From: Octopus bimaculoides
Lineage: Eukaryota
DNA length: 41,225 nucleotides
Assembly (NCBI RefSeq): GCF_001194135.2
Contig: NC_068988.1
Span: 50,062,274-50,103,498, forward strand
Direction: 5' to 3'
Shown here: one piece after another, positions 35,249 to 41,225 of the stretch
Layout of the letters: every line of letters begins with the position of its first letter
How positions within the stretch are numbered: position 1 is the stretch's first letter
Made by a program: the position numbers and the translations under genes
The notes under the pieces: generated by a model
Database searches by the model: none
Told to the model about the DNA's origin: nothing
Seen by the model: the letters and a program-made list of their open reading frames with translations, nothing else

Positions 35249-35535
35249 TGACAAGTAATATTCGTAGCCACTTTAACATGGCTGTCCATTTGAACAGACT
35301 CTACTGTGATTTTTTAACCCCAAGAGGACATTTCCCCTAGCTGGTTAATGATGCACAGCTGCGTCTGATAAAACTGCAAGCAGGGAAGCGAACTCCTACC
35401 ACCTGCGCGCAGTTATCAGATACAATTGTGCATCGTTAACTAGCTACGGGAGATGTCTTCTTGTGGTTAAAAAACCTCAGCAGTGTCCACTCGAACAGAC
35501 AGCCATGCCAAAGTGGCTACGAATATTACTTGTCA
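35249..35535. repeat. Fold-back inverted repeat, ~125-bp arms, 35-nt loop
   Basis: 35249-35375 versus 35411-35535, about 80% identity by hand alignment. Confidence 0.9.
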
Positions 35536-36358
35536 GTACAACTACTGTGTCGATTTCTCAGAGAGATTTTAGAACTAGCATTTTTGCTTGTTGCAAAACC
35601 AGCGATTGTGTGTTCATTTGAAATATATATATATTGCATGCAGAAGTGAGCTGCTATCATCTCTAGTAGACGAAAATGTCCAATACTGAGGAATGGCAGA
35701 AATAGCCCAAAACCAGGACTGGTCTACTGGTCCTTTTGCTAGGAGATGGTAGGGTTTTGCTTCCCTGCTTGCAATTTTAATGGATACAGCAGTGCATCAT
35801 TAACCAGCTACAGGAGATGACCTCTTGGGGTTAAAAACTTGCAGTAGTGTCCACTCGAATGGACAACCAAGTTAAAGTGGCTATGAATATTACTTGTCAG
35901 TACAACTACTGCNNNNNNNNNNNNNNNNNNNNNNNNNNNNNNNNNNNNNNNNNNNNNNNNNNNNNCGAATATTACTTGTCAGTACAACTACTGTGTCGAT
36001 TTCTCAGAGAGATTTTAGAACTAGCATTTTTGCTTGTTGCAAAACCAGCGATTGTGTGTTCATTTGAAATATATATATATTGCATGCAGAAGTGAGCTGC
36101 TATCATCTCTAGTAGACGAAAATGTCCAATACTGAGGAATGGCAGAAATAGCCCAAAACCAGGACTGGTCTACTGGTCCTTTTGCTAGGAGATGGTAGGG
36201 TTTTGCTTCCCTGCTTGCAATTTTAATGGATACAGCAGTGCATCATTAACCAGCTACAGGAGATGACCTCTTGGGGTTAAAAACTTGCAGTAGTGTCCAC
36301 TCGAATGGACAACCAAGTTAAAGTGGCTATGAATATTACTTGTCAGTACAACTACTGC
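35520..36358 (+). repeat. Identical 393-bp direct duplication across a 53-N gap
   Basis: 35520-35912 equals 35966-36358; probably unmerged contig ends. Confidence 0.9.
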
Positions 36359-36391
36359 ACTGATCTCTTAAGGAGATTTTAAAACTAGCAT

Positions 36392-36520
36392 TTTTCATTT
36401 TATTGACCCTGAGAGGATGAAAAGTAAAGTTGATCTTAGTGAGATTTGAACTTAGAGCATAAAGAGTGAGATGTACCTGAAAGTATTTTGTCTGACACTA
36501 TAATAACTCTGCCACTTATT
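36392..36520 (-). mobile_element. Degenerate family A SINE
   Basis: TTTTATTGACCCTGAGAGGATGAAAAG...ATTTGAACT...CTCTGCCA. Confidence 0.72.
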
Positions 36521-36586
36521 AAAACAGAAATAACGATTGTTAATGAAGCTGAAAGATATTCTTTACTATCATCCTCATTATTTAAC

Positions 36587-36930
36587 ATCTATGGGCCTCA
36601 TGGAGGCAATGACCATGACCTTTGGCATTATGTCATGCTTGGGAGGAAGATCCATCAAGCCAAGCAAAATCACAGTCATGGCAGATACCGGTGTCACGCA
36701 AATTGGCCCCTGTGCCAGTGGCATATAAATGCACCCCAGTGTCATGCAAATGGCACCCATGCCGGTGGTACATAAAAGCACCTATTACACTCTCGGAGTG
36801 TTAGGAAGAGCATCCAGCTGTAAAATACCATGCTAAATTAGACTGGTGTCTGGTGCAGCCCCTCAACTTACCAGCCCTGGTCAAACCGTCCACACCAACA
36901 TGGACAAGAGACGTTAAAATGATGAGGATG
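36587..36930 (+). mobile_element. 5'-truncated RTE-type LINE 3' end
   Basis: NDHDLWHYVMLGRKIHQAK resembles RTE C-termini (DR.LWR..V); 3' UTR TTAGGAAGAGCATCCAGC...GACGTTAAAATGATGAGGATG. Confidence 0.72.
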
Positions 36931-37048
36931 TCCATGCTGGTATGGGTTGGATGGTGTGAGTAGAGCTGACAAGCTGTGGGTAAGACTGCACCAGATGCCA
37001 GTCTGATTTGGCATGGTTTCTATGGCTGGATGCCCTTCCTAAAGCCAA
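36930..37048 (-). mobile_element. Second RTE-type 3' UTR fragment, tail-to-tail with the previous copy
   Basis: Reverse complement TTAGGAAGGGCATCCAGCC...CAGACTGGCATCTGGTGCAG...CCAGCATGGAC. Confidence 0.8.
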
Positions 37049-37414
37049 TATTCAACCAGTTTTATGTTCAGGCTGGCCAGTTCTTGCTTCTCACACCTAT
37101 TCTACTATGTCTTTCTAAAACTAAGTAATCACATCATGAAAATGTCTTATCTACAGGATAATGCATGATTAATTCAAAGCAATGTGAATAAAAAAGCATT
37201 ACATCTGACAGAATAATCTGAATGCTAAAAAGGGTTTAAACTGAAAACAAAGCCAAAACACAGGCTAAAATTATCAGACATGCCACTGACTGTACATTTG
37301 TACTCTAGTACATAGGTCAAAGAAACACAAGAATCACAAACAGGTTATATTAGAGATGACCTAGACCCATGGCTAATAGTGATTTTTGTATGACAATATG
37401 GTTTCAAATCTTAT

Positions 37415-37615
37415 GGTGTGCAGCCATAAATTTTAGGGAAAGGAATATGTCGATTACATCAACCTCATTATTCACCTGGTACTTTTGATAATTACCTGAA
37501 AGGATAACAGACAAAGTAAACCTAGGTAGCATTTGAACTCAGAAAATAAAGATAGGTGAAATGCTGCTAAGCATTTTGTCCAGCATGCTTATGATTCTGC
37601 TACCTTGCTGTCTTT
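37415..37615 (-). mobile_element. Degenerate family A SINE
   Basis: GTCGATTACATC, ATTTGAACTCAGAA, CTAAGCATTTTGTCC, GATTCTGC. Confidence 0.78.
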
Positions 37616-37749
37616 GTGTTGCAATATGGTAAAGTTCTCAATACAGGCTGAACAAAAGGTGCCCTGTCACCAGGGGTTGTCATCAAACTGGAGTTGCAAG
37701 TCCTAATACTCTTTGAAAGCTATATTGCCATATAGGAGCTGTGACCATT

Positions 37750-37965
37750 ACGAGGTGCTGAGACAAAGGGGGTAAGATTGATGATACAGGGTTGAAAGAT
37801 TAGTTGTTATATTTGTCTGAGTATAACATACCTCAGAGCTAAATACCTTGAAGAATTGGGGAGATTAAGTAAAAGCAAGGAAAATAGTGTGGAGCAACAG
37901 AAGAAAGGACAACAAATCCTAGATCCTTCAACACCATCAGCTGAAACTTTGGGGGTGATATAAAA
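37750..37965 (+). mobile_element. Decayed Tx1/L1-type ORF1 with mutated zinc knuckle
   Basis: VRLMIQG*KISCYICLSITYLRAKY aligns with LAVFVEGRKLRCILCGRLGHIRRNC of the left-edge ORF1. CX2CX4HX4C spacing is kept, with H>Y and C>Y each one transition away. Confidence 0.62.
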
Positions 37966-38899
37966 AAAAATATGTTTACACCCAGTATCACAAATAAATG
38001 TGCAAGTAACTTATCCCCTAACAGTACTAATATGCAGTACAACAACCTCATCTTGCAATGAGGAAGATATAATTAAATAGGAAAATACAAAAGGGAAAAA
38101 TTAGGAAAAAGAAAATCACACAAAATAACTCAACATAAAACAATGAAAACAGACAAGGTGGAACAATTTCTTTTAAATGATAATGAAATACCTTAGAAAA
38201 ATAATAAAGACAATACAGAAGATAAAAATTAAGAATGATTCACTATTCTTTGAAAATCAAACAAGCAGTTAACAAAGGAAATTATACATTTATGGTAATG
38301 CAGACTCTCCACAAAAGGTATGAGGACTCAAAATAATTAGGTTCAGAATAGAAAACAACATCCAAAAGATAAATTACTAATAAAATTAAAATTGATACAT
38401 TACATCAAAAATGCTCACTGGTCCGTCTGGTTGCACTTAAACACAATTCAAGAAATGGTTATGGGATTGGTGTCATGAAGTACCCAACTCAACCCAGCCA
38501 GAAAAATCATTCTTGTCTTATTTCTTTAAATGATACCTTGTTTTAATTATCATGTACTTTGTTATCTCTTGTGCACTGCTTCATTTATTTCTGTGCAAAT
38601 TTTCATATATACATAAATATGTGTGTATGTATGTGCATATGTGTATGTACAAGTACATGTGTATGTATATGTAAGTACATGAGTGTATATGGATATGTAT
38701 GTGTGTTTATGTCTATGCATGTACTTTTTAAATTTTAAGAATTTATTCCCATATAATTTTTATTATGTCTCTCGCCCACTCTTTTCATAATTTGTAAACA
38801 TGCTTTTTTGCACTTCATGTAAATCTTTCTTTTGTAACTTCTGGTGAAAGTTTCAAGTTTTTTTTTATATTTTCAAGCCTTTGTGGCTAATACAGAAAA

Positions 38900-38945
38900 G
38901 ATCATTATCATCATCATCACCATCATCAATATCATTATCATCATT

Positions 38946-38988
<43 letters not shown>

Positions 38989-39165
38989 CCATTATCACAG
39001 TCATCATCATCATCACCATCATCAATATCATCGTCATCATCATCTTCTTCATCATTATCATCATCATCATCATTATCATCACCATTAGTGCCATCACCAT
39101 TATCATCATCATCGTCACCACCATCATCATTATCATCACCATCACCATCATCATCATCACCATCA
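38900..39165. repeat. (CAT)n field
   Basis: Read directly. Confidence 0.96.
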
Positions 39166-39949
39166 AGAGAAATTTCCAGATATTACTTGCCTCTATGACC
39201 TGCTTCCCATGAAAGATATAACTCAAGAAACATGTGCCCTGGACAATCCATATCTTGTTATCCTCCAAAATGAAAGTCTACAGGATTTTGAATTGTAAAG
39301 CTATAAAAATAAAGTAAAACAACATTTTTTTTTTTTCCAATTTTGTTCATTGGGATTTTTCTTGAACCAGAACATTATTAAAAAAAAGAAAAATCATTAA
39401 TGTTATTATTTGCAAATCTTCAAAGGCCATCTCTACCAATTACTTTGTTAAACCACTGGGTGGTCTGTCTCTATTTTGAGATGAAATGTGTCCTTATTGT
39501 ATATACCCAATATACACTGAAGTATTAATTTCCTTTCCATTTTAGAGGATACAACAATTATCTGTTTGGATGTTTGTCTATCTACAACTCTGCCTAGTTG
39601 TCTGTCGTGTTTGTCTAGCCTTCTTACTTCTCTGTCAAACTATTCTTCATCTGTATCCCACTTTTCTTTTTATCTGTCTGTCTCTCTAAGCTGTCTCGGG
39701 CAGTGCAATTGACTAAAAACATACACCCTCCTATAGAGGGGAAAAATATCCATTCTTATTTGTTTATGACTTGAGAGCTACTTGGAGAATTTCCTTTCAT
39801 ATAGTCCAGTAAATTAGGTACATCCTGGAAAACATGTATACAAATATTGAAGATTAACTTTCAGTGAAATGTTATAACAATGTTTAAAGACTATTTGTGC
39901 TATTTCCTGGAATGTATGTGTGTGTATATATACACACACACACTTACAT

Positions 39950-40010
39950 ATTCTTTTATTCTTTTACTTATTTCAGTCATTTGACAGTGGTCATGCTGAA
40001 GCACCGCCTT
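39950..40010 (-). mobile_element. Family B SINE 3' tail fragment
   Basis: TTTTACTTATTTCAGTCATTTGACAGTGGTCATGCTGAAGCACCGCC. Confidence 0.8.
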
Positions 40011-40013
40011 ATA

Positions 40014-40044
<31 letters not shown>

Positions 40045-40402
40045 GTATATATATATATGTATACACCCACTCAGGTTTATTTACGACGTATCTCGCACAC
40101 ATACGGAAACGTAACACACACACAAAGACACACTCACTCTCATGCAAATACACACACACACACAGACGCAGACATGCGCGCGCACTCATATAAATATCAA
40201 TATATTGCTGTACTTTTAGCACATCAACTGTTGACATGACAGCTCTCTTAGTAGCGTAGGTTTCATATTTTTGCAAATCGCTCAAACACGCTTATCTGTA
40301 TATGACAGATGTCACGTATGCGCAAGAAGACACATACACTAGCATACAAGGCGTATATCATACATACATTGACATAGACACACAAATACAGATACAAAGA
40401 CA

Positions 40403-40451
<49 letters not shown>

Positions 40452-40677
40452 TGTATACACATTCACATATATTACATAAACGCATATAGTAGATGCATAT
40501 AGATATACAGACACGCGCTTACATATATACACATATATATGGCAGATATATATATATACATAGATGTATGTGTGTGTGTGTGTTTGCATGTGTGTGTATA
40601 CATATCTAGACATACACACACATATATACATATATATACGTAGTCACACAAACACATATATATATGTATACATATAT

Positions 40678-40720
<43 letters not shown>

Positions 40721-41132
40721 CACATAAAGACACAAAGACATATGTACGTACTTATCACCTATCACACATACATACATACACCAACATTGCACATATGCGT
40801 ATATAGTACATATCGTACATACACAGATGCATAGACATATATACACACGTCACATTACATGTACATACACACGCGTAGGTACATACACACACACAGGCAC
40901 GCAGATACGCATGCATACACATACACGCATGACCGTAGATGCACGCACATGTACGTTGATACACATACACAGATACGCCGACCTACACAAATATACAGAT
41001 ATGTACACACACACGCAGATACACGTTCATACACGGATACATACACGCACACACACACACACACAGACACACACATACACACATACAGATACACAGACAT
41101 ACAGAGATGCATACATTCAGACTCCCTCTCTC

Positions 41133-41164
<32 letters not shown>

Positions 41165-41225
41165 ACACACACACACAGACACACACATACACACGTACAG
41201 ATACACAGACATACAGAGATGCATA
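40010..41225. repeat. Long degenerate (CA)/(TA)/(CATA) microsatellite field
   Basis: Read directly. Confidence 0.95.

Noticed and set aside
35640-35710. Hairpin plus GAAA..GUC, and CUGAGGA..GAAA, as hammerheads
   Set aside because: The first lacks the CUGANGA core; the second lacks stem II and an NUH triplet.
35520-36358. Recent 393-bp tandem duplication
   Set aside because: Copies are identical and separated by Ns, with a repeat at both ends; most likely an unmerged contig overlap.

Overview
AT-rich, gap-ridden draft eukaryotic sequence with no complete host gene. The SINE families and the dense (CA)n/(TA)n/(CAT)n fields look like octopus DNA (inferred from recalled repeat families, not searched). 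Most ORF-track entries are microsatellite or N-gap artefacts. Recognisable content: a damaged Tx1/L1-clade LINE at the left edge plus a second ORF1 remnant near 37.8 kb; about 20 tRNA-derived SINE copies from two families; RTE, R4-like and RNase-H-bearing LINE fragments; Merlin, Tc1/mariner-like, Tigger/pogo and hAT remnants; and several Penelope-like element (PLE) remnants. Best leads: (1) two hammerhead-ribozyme motifs on the minus strand, one minimal (8808-8845) and one with an intact catalytic core and long stem II (26518-26615); (2) a compact Naiad-like PLE (13790-14517) whose RT motifs sit only about 100 codons from a GIY-YIG-like domain; (3) several fold-back structures, including a perfect 150-bp-arm palindrome and a ~125-bp-arm hairpin, that could make dsRNA; (4) a few orphan exon-like segments. 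All domain calls come from motif recognition by eye.
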